A stretch of DNA of 63,454 bases, the filler included, from Octopus bimaculoides (lineage: Eukaryota), in the NCBI RefSeq assembly GCF_001194135.2. It is 6 parts of 6 records of this genome, joined end to end, with 100 filler letters (N's around TTAATTAATTAA, not from the genome) between each part and the next. Parts side by side here need not be neighbours in the genome. Positions count along the whole stretch, not along the records: positions 1 to 21,967 come from NC_068997.1; 5 more parts are not named here. One strand, 5' to 3'. A program made the position numbers and the translations under genes. This document shows, one piece after another, positions 1 through 11,060 of the stretch. Each line of letters opens with the position of its first letter. Within the stretch, counting starts at the first letter, position 1. The notes beneath the pieces are model-generated. The model saw only the letters and a program-made list of their open reading frames with translations. It had not been told where the DNA came from and made no database searches.

Positions 1-9
1 TATATACAA

Positions 10-11
10 AC

Positions 12-52
<41 letters not shown>
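10..52. repeat. (AGAT)n tetranucleotide microsatellite
   Basis: Direct tandem AGAT run. Confidence 0.95.
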
Positions 53-53
<1 letters not shown>

Positions 54-84
54 ACTCTTCTTGCACTTATTCTTATTGTTTATG

Positions 85-119
<35 letters not shown>

Positions 120-738
120 GTTGTTATTATAGGAGTCTTTCTTCCATCTTTGCGTTCTGAGTTCAAATTCTGATAAATTTTGACTTTGGCTATCATTCTT
201 TTGAGTTCGATATAATAAATACCTGACGAGCGTCTGGGTCGATACAGTTGCCTCACCTCTCCGCTCGAAATTGCTGTTCTTGTACGAAAATGTGAAACAA
301 TTTTGTTATGCAAATTAAATCTTTGGTCATACTCTAATCTTGTCACCTTCTAACTTACGCTTTTTATGTGTTAACAATACTGTCGTATTGACACCTATTC
401 GCAGAGTACACTTATATCTTTGAGCACGGATGTTTATGTGTTCGTATGTGTGTGTGTGTGTGTGCAACAGTGATTTATCAAGCGTCACAAGTCACATGTT
501 TCTCTCTTATACAAACTCAACTACCGCTTCCTCTGTTCAAAAATCTATTCGGAGCTTCTATAGATTTCCCCTTCATTAACCTGGCATAAATGAATTATAA
601 TTTAATTGCAGCACACTGCATTTATGTCACATGTTGATTTATTAATCGAAACTTAAGTAGCTAAAATCTAAACAAAAAAGACACAGCTAAGTTAAATATT
701 ATGGAATTAAATATTTTCAGTTTTGAAAATAACTATAA

Positions 739-955
739 AGGAGTGGTGGATGTGTGGTAAATAGCTTGCTAACCAACCGCATGGGTCCAGGTTCATTCCC
801 TTTTCGTGACACCATGGGCAAGTGTCTCCTATTCTAGCCTCGGGCCGACCAAAGCCTTGTGAGTGGATTTGGTAGACGGAAGCTAAAAGAAGCCCGTCGT
901 ATGTATATGTATATATATATGTGTGTGTGTGTGTGTGCGTGTGTGTGCGTGCGTG

Positions 956-986
<31 letters not shown>

Positions 987-1195
987 GTGTCTGTGTTTGT
1001 CCTCGCAACATCGCTTGACAACCGATGGTTTTGTTTTTACGCCCCCGTAACTTAGCAGTTCGGCAAAAGAGCCCGATAGAATTAGTACTAGGCTTACAAA
1101 GAATAAGTCCTGGGGTTGATTTGCTCGACTAAAAGGCGGTGGTGCTCCAGCATGGCCGCAGTCAAATGACTGAAACAAGAACAAGAATAAAAGAG
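739..1195 (+). mobile_element. SINE family A (tRNA-like head, CORE-like TTGGGCAAGTGTCT segment, internal TA/TG microsatellite, 3' module)
   Basis: Starts GGAGTGGTGGATGTGTGGTAAATAGC, B-box-like GGTTCATTCCC, ends CAGCATGGCCGCAGTCAAATGACTGAAACAAG; more than 10 homologous copies in the window. Confidence 0.85.
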
Positions 1196-1674
1196 AAAAA
1201 AGAGAATAAGACGGTTACTGGTAACGACTATTTAGTCCAGCAAAAGATTTACACATTTTTCCACGCAGACGACATGAAAAATTTGAGTAGTTCTTGCCTT
1301 GTTTGAAGAATACAAGCGGAAACATGTAGTGATAAAAGAATACAGAAAAGAACAAGAAAGGGCTTAATTGTGGCCAACGACCCTTCTCTTCTTACTTCTA
1401 AAACCTGCAACAGTATTTGCCTCTCCCAGCCTGGACTAGTTAGTCATAACCGGAAGCACTTATTTAGGGCCCCTACTGACTATTCACGGTTACAATCTTT
1501 TGAACAAACTTATTCTGTAATTAGATCGGCAGAAGTAAAGGTATCTGTGGTGGGGTGGGGGTTGACTAGGCATATCATAATATCAATTTGCAGTGGTTTC
1601 CTCTACAATCTATGTGTGTGTATGTGTGTGCACGTGTGCGTGTACATATATATGTGTGTGTGTGTATGTATATG

Positions 1675-1706
<32 letters not shown>

Positions 1707-2057
1707 NNNNNNNNNNNNNNNNNNNNNNNNNNNNNNNNNNNNNNNNNNNNNNNNNNNNNNNNNNNNNNNNNNNNNNNNNNNNNNNNNNNNNNNNNNNNNN
1801 NNNNNNNNNNNNNNNNNNNNNNNNNNNNNNNNNNNNNNNNNNNNNNNNNNNNNNNNNNNNNNNNNNNNNNNNNNNNNNNNNNNNNNNNNNNNNNNNNNNN
1901 NNNNNNNNNNNNNNNNNNNNNNNNNNNNNNNNNNNNNNNNNNNNNNNNNNNNNNNNNNNNNNNNNNNNNNNNNNNNNNNNNNNNNNNNNNNNNNNNNNNN
2001 NNNNNNNNNNNNNNNNNNNNNNNNNNNNNNNNNNNNNNNNNNNNNNNNNNNNNNNNN

Positions 2058-2109
<52 letters not shown>

Positions 2110-2119
2110 CTATATGTGT

Positions 2120-2310
2120 GTAGTTGACCCCCACCACCGATTAACAACAATTGTTGCCATACTTAGTAGTTCGGCAAAAGAGAATGATGGAATAAGTACG
2201 AGACTTTAAAAAACAACTAAGTCATGGCGGCGATTCATTCGACCAAAATTTCTGAAGGCGTTGCTCCGGCATGGCCACAGATCAATGACAGAAACAAGTT
2301 AAAGATAAAA
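2120..2310 (+). mobile_element. SINE family A, diverged 3' half
   Basis: TTAGTAGTTCGGCAAAAGAG...GCATGGCCACAGATCAATGACAGAAACAAG matches the 3' module of 739-1195. Confidence 0.75.
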
Positions 2311-2957
2311 CATCGCTAACCTGTGTAGGCGAAAAGAGATTCACAAAACGAGTAACATATATGAAGACGCATGCAATCACTCACGGATATGCGCATGCTC
2401 ACCACTGCCTATGCATGCCAGTGAGCACGTACATGAATGCATTTTCTTCTTTTCTAAATTGGAATTAATTTTGACCGGCTATGTCCTTAGCATGCGAAGA
2501 AAAGTTTTTGAATGTATATCTATTTTTCTATCTGTCAGTCTCTCTATCTGTCAGTTTGTCTATCTGTCAGTCTGTCTATCTGTCTGTTTGTATGTACGTA
2601 TGTATCTATGTATGTATGTATGTATGTATGTATGTATGTATATATACGAAAAATGCTATAAGTTTCCGGCAGCTAAATTCAAGCAGTATTTGCCGTCGCT
2701 GGTCTAGGGTTGATATGACGTATCGATGTTACTGCAAAGGACTTCGAAATTTCTTAACTACAGAGATGTGCTTGGTTACGTAATGGTTATTTGAAACAGC
2801 TACAATCATGTGTCTACTCCATAATGACTGAAACATCAGCTTTTTACATCTATCTTTATTTATTTTTTTTCCTTTTTCAACCATTTGTCTCTAATGCTCC
2901 ACATAAGTTATAGGACACATTTTCGTTTTTCTGAATAATTCCAGGATTGATGTCATT

Positions 2958-3170
2958 AAGGCGGTGAGCTGCTACAGACGATAGCACGTCGGGGAAAATA
3001 CTTAACAGCAATTTGGCTTGTCGTACTTTCTGAGTTCAAATTCCAGCGACGTCGACTTTTCCTTTCATCCTTTCGAGGCCCATAAAATTAGTACTAGTTG
3101 TACACTAGGATCAACGTAATCGACTATCCCCTCCACTAAAATTTCAGGCCTTGTACCTATATTAGACAGG
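2958..3170 (+). mobile_element. SINE family B (tRNA-like head AAGGCGGTGAGCTG...GAGTTCAAATTCC)
   Basis: A/B-box-like motifs, GTCGACTTT.CCTTTCATCCTTTCG body, tail TTTCAGGCCTTGTACC; about 20 copies or fragments in the window. Confidence 0.8.
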
Positions 3171-3900
3171 TTTATTTTGAGGAAGATTTGTTTGGCACTT
3201 CGAGTACTTTGATCTCAGTTCCATGTATTCGTTCAGCTATTCTCTGAAACGAATGAAGATGTTTCGTTTTGTTGATATAGTTATATAAACAACTATGTAC
3301 TTCCGGCCTCCAATATTATCTATTGTCAGGTTTGTTTTGATCTGACTATCAACTTTGATGGCCTCCTGTCCGATGATAATAATTCTCTTATAACCACTAA
3401 AAGTGTTTGGCCATGATGATTGCATCACATCTCATTTAGCTGGATCTAATTACCCCCTGAATATTTTCCAACGTTTGTACTCCGTTAAGATGTTGTTCAT
3501 GTAGATATATCGTTCTTCATTAGTTCTAGATATCAAGAGACAATGTAATTGATGGTTTCTTACTTATCTCCAAAGATCTTGTGTTAAGAAGCTAATATAT
3601 CCTTGATAGCACCATGCTGCTAGGATAAAATTACGAGAATTGCCTGTTGCACCTTAGACAACTGTGCTACTCTTAGCGGTTCAAGTCTGTCAATTATACA
3701 TTTGAGAGAACTTTCTATGCAGTACCAAATTTTCGGCATATGTTGCCGGTCCTGTTGATTTGCCTTCTAAATCTCGTCAAACTAAACCGTGCATTTCATC
3801 TCTCTCAGCTCTATATTTCAAAAGCCAGTCATGTACTTGGGTAGATGAAATCAGTCACTCCTCCTCATCTCAAAATTGCTGGCTTTGTACTTAAATCAGA

Positions 3901-4290
3901 GTGGAGGCGCAATGGCCCAGTGGTTATGGCAGCGGACTCGCGATCATAGGATCGCAGTTTCGATTCCCAGACCGGGCGTTGTGAGTGTTTATTGAGCGAA
4001 AACACCTAAAGCACCACGAGGCTCCGGCAGGGGATGGTGGCGAACCCTGCTGTACTCTTTCGCCACAACTTTCTCTCACTCTTACTTCCTGTTTCTGTTG
4101 TGCCTGTAATTCAAAGGGTCAGCCTTGTCACACTGTATCACGCTGAATATCCCCGAGAACTACGTTAAGGGTACACGTGTCTGTGGAATGCTCAGCCACT
4201 TGCACGTTAATTTCACGAGCAGGCTGTTACATTGGTCGGATCAACTGGAACCCTCGACGTCGTAAGCGACGGAGTGCAAACAACAACAAA
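3901..4290 (+). mobile_element. SINE family C, near full-length (tRNA-Arg-like head, (CAA)n tail)
   Basis: TGGCCCAGTGG A box, GTTTCGATTCCC B box, highly similar to 27179-27791, ends CAACAACAA. Confidence 0.9.
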
Positions 4291-4349
4291 ACGTAAATCA
4301 TAAACAATTATTTTTTTATTATTGGCTGAACCGGATAGAATTTTTAACA

Positions 4350-4680
4350 GCATTTCTTCCTGCTTTAGCTTCGGAGTCGAAATTTCTCCGAGGTTGACTT
4401 TATCTTTTATTTATTCTGTATTGATAAAATAAGTAGCTGTCGAGTGCAGAGGTCGAGGTCATCGACTAGCATACTTCCTCCAAAATACTCAGGCCTTGTG
4501 CCTATAATAGAAAGAATTATTATTATAGCGAAGATAGGTGACGAGCTGGCAAAATCTTTTATGCCTTTTTGTTCGTCTTTACATACTGAGTTCAAGTTAC
4601 CACGGAGTCGACATAGCCTTTCATTCTTTCGGAATCAATGAAAGGGGAGCACTGGGGTCGATGTCATCTACTATACGCCT
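4350..4680 (+). mobile_element. Cluster of diverged SINE family B fragments
   Basis: Repeated GAGGTCGAC, CTGGGGTCGATG and CAGGCCTTGTGCC motifs. Confidence 0.65.
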
Positions 4681-5495
4681 CTGCCAAAAAAAAAAAAAGA
4701 AAAAAAAAAATCCGGCCTTGAGCGGACAGCAGTAATTACCGCTAGGGCAACGAGCTGAAAGAATACTTAGAACGATATTTCTACCCACTCTACAATCCGA
4801 GGTCACGTTTCCACAACATTATTTCATTTCTGGGTCTTTAAAATAAAGTACCAGTAAAATGCTGGAGTTGATAGTATCGACTGAGGCCCCACTTTCAACA
4901 CAGATAACATGACAATATGCTGGGCTCCGTTGCCTACTTATGTAACGTACATATATCCCATGAAATATGAATGCCATATTAATATATGGAAAACCTTGTA
5001 ATTCAAAACGAAAGCTTTTCCATCATTCCTTTATGTATCTTTCTACAAATGATGACGTATAATAATCTTAGAAATAATTATCTTACACAGGACAATTATT
5101 ATAATGAGTTAATCTTCAGATCGACGAAGTAATCTGTGGGAAATAACGAATTTGAATGTTCTGCGCAAACATAAAGAACACTGCGTAATTTAGTTCTTGT
5201 ATACAATAAAAAAAAAGCTGAAATGATTATTTGTAAATGGAATAAAATGAGAAATTCCATTTTCCATATTTATTATCTTTAACTTAAATACATATGCGAA
5301 GAGTTTGGTTTTGATTAAAAATTAATAATTAAATATAGTTTGGAAACTAGATATTTAATGTATTGTTAAGGAAAGAAATATGGAGTTGGATACAGAAAAG
5401 AAATTGTTATGAAAACAAATTAGACTTACATTTTAACTTTCTCTCTGTCTCTCTCGTTCTCTCTCTCTCTCTCTCTCTCCCTCTCTCTCTCTCCC

Positions 5496-5545
<50 letters not shown>

Positions 5546-5674
5546 ACGTGTATGTACGGATATATTTATGTTTAGATAGATACATAGGTACATACATGCA
5601 TACATACATACATACATAGAGACTACAATATATTAAAGTAAGTTGCTTTGTATATAAATACAAATTGTAATTAT

Positions 5675-5890
5675 GCGTGGTTGTGTGGTAAGCAAGTTGC
5701 TTCCTCACGGCGTGGTTCCGCATGATGTCTCTTAGTATTCCAGGCGAAATGCTTAGCGGCATATCGTCCGTTTTTACGTTTGCCGTTCATGCTTCCGATG
5801 TCGATAAAATAAGTAGAATTGGAGCACTGGGATCGATGTTATTGCTCTAACCCCACCTCCTTAAACTGCTGCGAAATTTTGAAAATTTGA
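5675..5890 (+). mobile_element. Diverged SINE A head fused to SINE B body
   Basis: GTTGTGTGGTAAGCAAGTTGCTTCC followed by CAGGCGAAATGCTTAGCGG and GCACTGGGATCGATG. Confidence 0.55.
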
Positions 5891-5914
5891 AATCAATATC
5901 TGTGTTTTTGTAAA

Positions 5915-6360
5915 GGTAGCAAGTTGGCCAAATGGTTAGCAAGCCGAGCAAAATACGTAGCATCATGAAGTTCGTCTCTTCGTTCTGAATTCAATTTCTT
6001 ATTTCTTATTTCTTTATTGCCCACAAGGGGCTAAACGTAGAGGGGACAAACAAGGACAGACACAGGGATTAAGTCGATTACATCGACCACAGTACATGAC
6101 TGGTACTTAATTTACCGACCCCGAAGGGATAAAACGCAAAGTCGACCTCGGCGGAATTTGAACTCAGAACGTAACGACAGACGAAATACTGCTAGGCATT
6201 TCGCCCGGCATGCTAACGTTTCTGCCAGCTCGCTGCCGAGGTCGACTTTGCCTTTCATTCTTTCGGGATCAATAGATTATGTATCAGTTGAACACTGGGT
6301 CAATGGAACTGACTTGCCTTCCACCAAAATTGCTGGCCTTGTGCCAAATTTAAGAAACAA
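5915..6360 (+). mobile_element. Old SINE B split by a younger antisense SINE B
   Basis: Plus-strand head 5915-6000 ends TTCTGAATTCAATTT and resumes CTGCCGAGGTCGAC at about 6232. Confidence 0.75.
6001..6231 (-). mobile_element. Young SINE family B copy (long-tail variant)
   Basis: Reverse complement of the B consensus, with CpGs largely intact and the (TAAGAAA) tail. Confidence 0.9.
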
Positions 6361-7152
6361 TGTATGCATATTTTGTCTATGCTTGTATTTGTGTCTCTTG
6401 CAACTACGTTTTCTTTGTATATATATGAGTGTCCGTGGTAATACATATATATTTATATATACACGTGTTTGCGCTCGTATTCATGCACAAGCATGAAAAC
6501 ATACGTTCACACAATTTGACAATGAAATATTTATTTCATAAGTAAACTATATCTCTTCTGACCTTTAAATTTTGCCAACAGTATCAAAGTAATTAATGAA
6601 TTTGATATGAACGGAATTGCTTTTGTTCCTTGACAACTCATCCTGAATAAAAAGATAGGGAAATGAATATTTTTTTTTTGTATCCTAATGAACACGACAT
6701 TGGACATAATTTCTTTTGAAATTTTTGTTATCTTTTCATTGCTATTTCTCTATAAGATATTTCCTACATTGCGAATCGGTTTATGTAGAGCTAGGAGGTA
6801 ATAGTCATCTCAGAATACGAACGGCCTTGAGCTAGATGGGTTTAAAGTAAAATATTCAGAAAAATTATTCAATAAACTAAATTGTAGCATTAGATTTACA
6901 ACTAACATCGTCAAATTTAATTTCTCTTTACCACCTTAAGTGGAAAAATCTTAGTGTGGCGTGGGAGGAATGAAATATTTTATATATATACTTCTTATCA
7001 TTCCAAAGAAATTTTGTCTCTAATATTTACAATCGTAGATCCCCTGTATTTGCAGATGAAATCTCGTCTGCTGGTTAGCTTATAGTTATACTGAGGCCTA
7101 TTCTTTTCCAGATAAACTACATTAAATAAAAACGTACCTTAATACACCAAGA

Positions 7153-7224
7153 GTGGAGGCGCAATGGCCCAGTGGTTAGGGCAGCGATTCCCAGACAGGG
7201 CGTTGTGAGTGTTTATTGAGCGAA

Positions 7225-7225
<1 letters not shown>
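7153..7225 (+). mobile_element. SINE family C, internally deleted 5' fragment
   Basis: GTGGAGGCGCAATGGCCCAGTGG joined directly to ATTCCCAGAC; ends at a (TAA)n run. Confidence 0.85.

Positions 7226-7300
<75 letters not shown>
7226..7300. repeat. (TAA)n microsatellite
   Basis: Direct tandem run. Confidence 0.95.
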
Positions 7301-7302
<2 letters not shown>

Positions 7303-7334
7303 GGAAAGAGTATTACTCAGGAGTAATTTCTTTT

Positions 7335-7835
7335 TGCTTCGTCGAAAATAGAAATGCAAAGATCCTCTGTGATTTTATGATTCAGTGCGACTTTGAGATA
7401 GAGAATAGGAAGCCGGCATAGTCTTAATTGAGAAAGAAAACAAATGATGTTGGATCATAGACATAGCATGCCCAGCTGACAACAAGGTATGCGATAAGGA
7501 AGAAAGAAAAGTCGAGAGATATGACAGGTTAGCTTGGGAAGTTAAGCAGTTGTGGTCGATGAAAAAAGTAGCAGTAGTTCCAATAATTGTCGGACCCTGG
7601 GAACAGTGAGCAAAAATCTCAAGAAGTACGTGGAACAAATAGGGGCTGCAATAAGTGTGGAACACTTGCAGAAAACAGAACTGCTTGGAACCGCTTGAAT
7701 ATTCCGGAAGATGTTCGAAAAATAAGAGGTGTTCGAAAAATAAGAGGTGTTACCTTAGTTCACTGGTAGTCAACAGCTGATACTGTAATACATCTCTATC
7801 GTTAGAAGTTGTGCAAAGGTAATAATAATAATAAA
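7335..7835 (+). mobile_element. 5'-truncated R4/Dong-type non-LTR retrotransposon, degenerate RLE endonuclease and 3' UTR
   Basis: Frameshift-corrected translation ENRNAKILCDFMIQCDFEIENRKP..IVLIEKENK*CWIIDIACPADNKVCDKEERKVERYDRLAWEVKQLWSMKKVAVVPIIVG..LGTVSKNLKKY..LQKTELLGTA matches the PD-(D/E)xK RLE C-terminus; (TAA) tail. Confidence 0.85.
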
Positions 7836-8107
7836 AGAAAGATTATTACTCAGGAGTAATGAAGGTATCGTTTCTTAGAGTGTATCATATACACTGTATA
7901 ATATACAGGTATAAAAGGGTCTTCGAGATTTCCTAAGGGCATGTAATAACATACTGCATAACACTTTGTATCATTACATGAATATTTCTTGGACTTCAAA
8001 GTCAATATTTCAAGTGCTACAGATATAGATATAAAGGCGTAAAGAGTTAAGCAGTATTTCATTTCATTTCCTCGGGAAAATTAGGAAACGTTTCATATTT
8101 GTATGTA

Positions 8108-8154
<47 letters not shown>

Positions 8155-8191
8155 NNNNNNNNNNNNNNNNNNNNNNNNNNNNNNNNNNNNN

Positions 8192-8224
<33 letters not shown>

Positions 8225-10503
8225 CGTAAGGAAAACTCGATACCTTCATCACTTTTGATTCTTGTCTCTATTGTTGACATAATATTATTCTGAACATTAT
8301 CAAGAGCTTGCTTTTCTTCTGCCCCTGTATGTTTGTGTGTGTGTGTGTGTTTGTTTATGTGTGTGTGTGTGTGTGTGCTGAAAAGTACTTTAGAACGTCA
8401 TGCATTATTCGTGTTGCACATACAAAAAAAAAATTGAGAAAACAATAGCGAAACAGAAACATCTGTTTACAATTTTTACCTCGTGTTTCAATGTTTTGAC
8501 TTCGAAAAGCATTTAGCGAGAGAAAACAAAAAATATGGAGACGTGGGTAAGAGCTTGACATGCACAGTTTGGTTCTGGTATATTAACTAATTAGTTTTTC
8601 ACACTTCTAGTCTGTCATTCATGAGGTGATAATATGCATGTGAATTTTGGAAGAAAGAAAAGTGAACTCCCAGATCTAATTAATACAAGGATTAATTTAT
8701 AGTTTATTTAAATGAATTATTATCCCTTCTTTAAAAATATGACTAAATCGTCTTAAAACAATTCAAACCGGTTGCATATTTTGATAAAAATGTTTATATT
8801 TTATACCATATATTCTCTGAGTTTCGATACAATAAATGCCTTAAAAAGCAAATATTGATATTAGCAGTTGAATGCAATTTGGTCGTTTAATGTGGGGACC
8901 GTTGTCTTGTGAATGACACTGAATAACACTTAGCATCGACACTTGGAAGGGCTTGGTGTTCGTGATAATCTTTTGATACGTATACACACGTATGATAAGT
9001 GCATGCTTAGTATGTATACACACAGAAGAGGCGAGCAAGGTCTTGGTAGTTTATACAATATTGTCTGTAGAGTAGATATCATTCCGTGCTTTACGACCGA
9101 TGACACCGGTTGATGCATAAATGCTGTGTTACAAGCAGCTTCCAATGTAGCTCAATGTTAATGTAACTGCTCAGATTTCGTCGTGCAAATTGAGCAGAGA
9201 GTGGAAAAGCGAACGAGCAAGAAAGAGACTGGGGAAGGAGAGGGAGATATAGAAGAAGAGTGAGAGGGGTGATAGAAAGAATGAAAGAAATTGGAGAGGA
9301 AGGAATGGAGAATGAGAAAGAGATCCAGTGTGGTCGGGATATTCTGTTCTGAGGTTTGTATTGCTTCCGTATGCTCTTGGACACGCAATGTTTTCTGAAG
9401 CATCTGGCATGAGAATGCCTTCTGCATATCTGGAAAATAATGTGAACGAGTAACAGCAGTTAAACGCCAAATTATGGTAATACTGTGTGCATGTGTGTGC
9501 GTGTACGTGTTTGTGTGTGCATTTGCGCGCGCCGGGTGTGTTTGTGTGTGCGTGAGTGTGTGTGCTTGTGTGTGTATGTGGCTGTGCGTGTGTGTATGTG
9601 TGTATGTATTTGTGTGTGTGTGTGTGTAGGTAAGTATGCATTGGTTCTCAGACAAAACGAATGGTATGACTTGCTCCTATCTTGTTAGCAGAGCAAAGTC
9701 TGCTCTGACTGCAGAGCCCGACGTGTGGGACAATTCCGTTTACAGTGATTACATTAGGAGGCGTAGTTCTTTAGTCTTCTCCAGGTGTTGTACAGGACGT
9801 AGAAAATATGAACAAAATGAAAAACGAGAACATAAAAAAAAATAAAAACATGGAAAACGAGCTTTTTTTTGAACAACGAAATAAATAAATAGAGAAACGA
9901 GACAGGTAACATAAAGAACATTCCCTTCATCAGTTGTCCCCTGTTTTATCTACTCCGCATTACACTTACATAGATACGTATATAGGTAGGTAGAAAGATG
10001 GACATATCAAGGGGAGAGACAGGGAGGGAGTGCTAAAGCGAGTGATAGATAGACATAGAGGCATATAGGTAGAAAAAAAAGAGATAGGTAGTAAATTACA
10101 TACTTATACAGGAAATACACACTCACATACAAAAGAACTCACACAGACACATACACACATACATACAAACATACTCCAACACACACACATACATATGCAT
10201 ACGTACCAATATTCCTTCCCCGTGTTATTCGGTCATTCCTTCTATGCTAATTGTTACGAAACAGTGAAAAATTTTTACTTAGGAAGAAAAGAATCTCTAA
10301 GCATGCTTATCTTTCCAATTCTGTGTAGAGACGACCTAATGCAGCAGTTGTATGGAGAATAAGAGAAGAAAAATAATATCTGCACGGTTATATCACGGAC
10401 GAAGCTTACGTTCACAGCTGCAGATGGCACTAACTGTATGACAAACGACAACATACATGCAAATGCCTACATACACACATATGTTCGCATACACACACAC
10501 ACA

Positions 10504-10553
<50 letters not shown>

Positions 10554-10582
10554 CATACACACTCACACATATATATAAATAT

Positions 10583-10620
<38 letters not shown>

Positions 10621-11028
10621 NNNNNNNNNNNNNNNNNNNNNNNNNNNNNNNNNNNNNNNNNNNNNNNNNNNNNNNNNNNNNNNNNNNNNNNNNNNNNNNN
10701 NNNNNNNNNNNNNNNNNNNNNNNNNNNNNNNNNNNNNNNNNNNNNNNNNNNNNNNNNNNNNNNNNNNNNNNNNNNNNNNNNNNNNNNNNNNNNNNNNNNN
10801 NNNNNNNNNNNNNNNNNNNNNNNNNNNNNNNNNNNNNNNNNNNNNNNNNNNNNNNNNNNNNNNNNNNNNNNNNNNNNNNNNNNNNNNNNNNNNNNNNNNN
10901 NNNNNNNNNNNNNNNNNNNNNNNNNNNNNNNNNNNNNNNNNNNNNNNNNNNNNNNNNNNNNNNNNNNNNATATATATATATATATATTACACATAGATTC
11001 ACATGCAGATATGTACATACATATACAC

Positions 11029-11060
<32 letters not shown>

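Noticed and set aside
3901-3980. tRNA-like genes (also heads at 27179, 27982, 46250-46400)
   Set aside because: Stems pair poorly and each continues into a multicopy SINE body; these are SINE heads rather than functional tRNAs.
9350-9465. Possible minus-strand exon after TTATTTTCCAG, open in all three frames
   Set aside because: No convincing donor and no recognisable peptide; cannot be supported without RNA data.
9920-9945. CUGAUGA on the minus strand (CAACTGATGAAGGGAATG)
   Set aside because: No GAAA/stem III partner within range in this copy.
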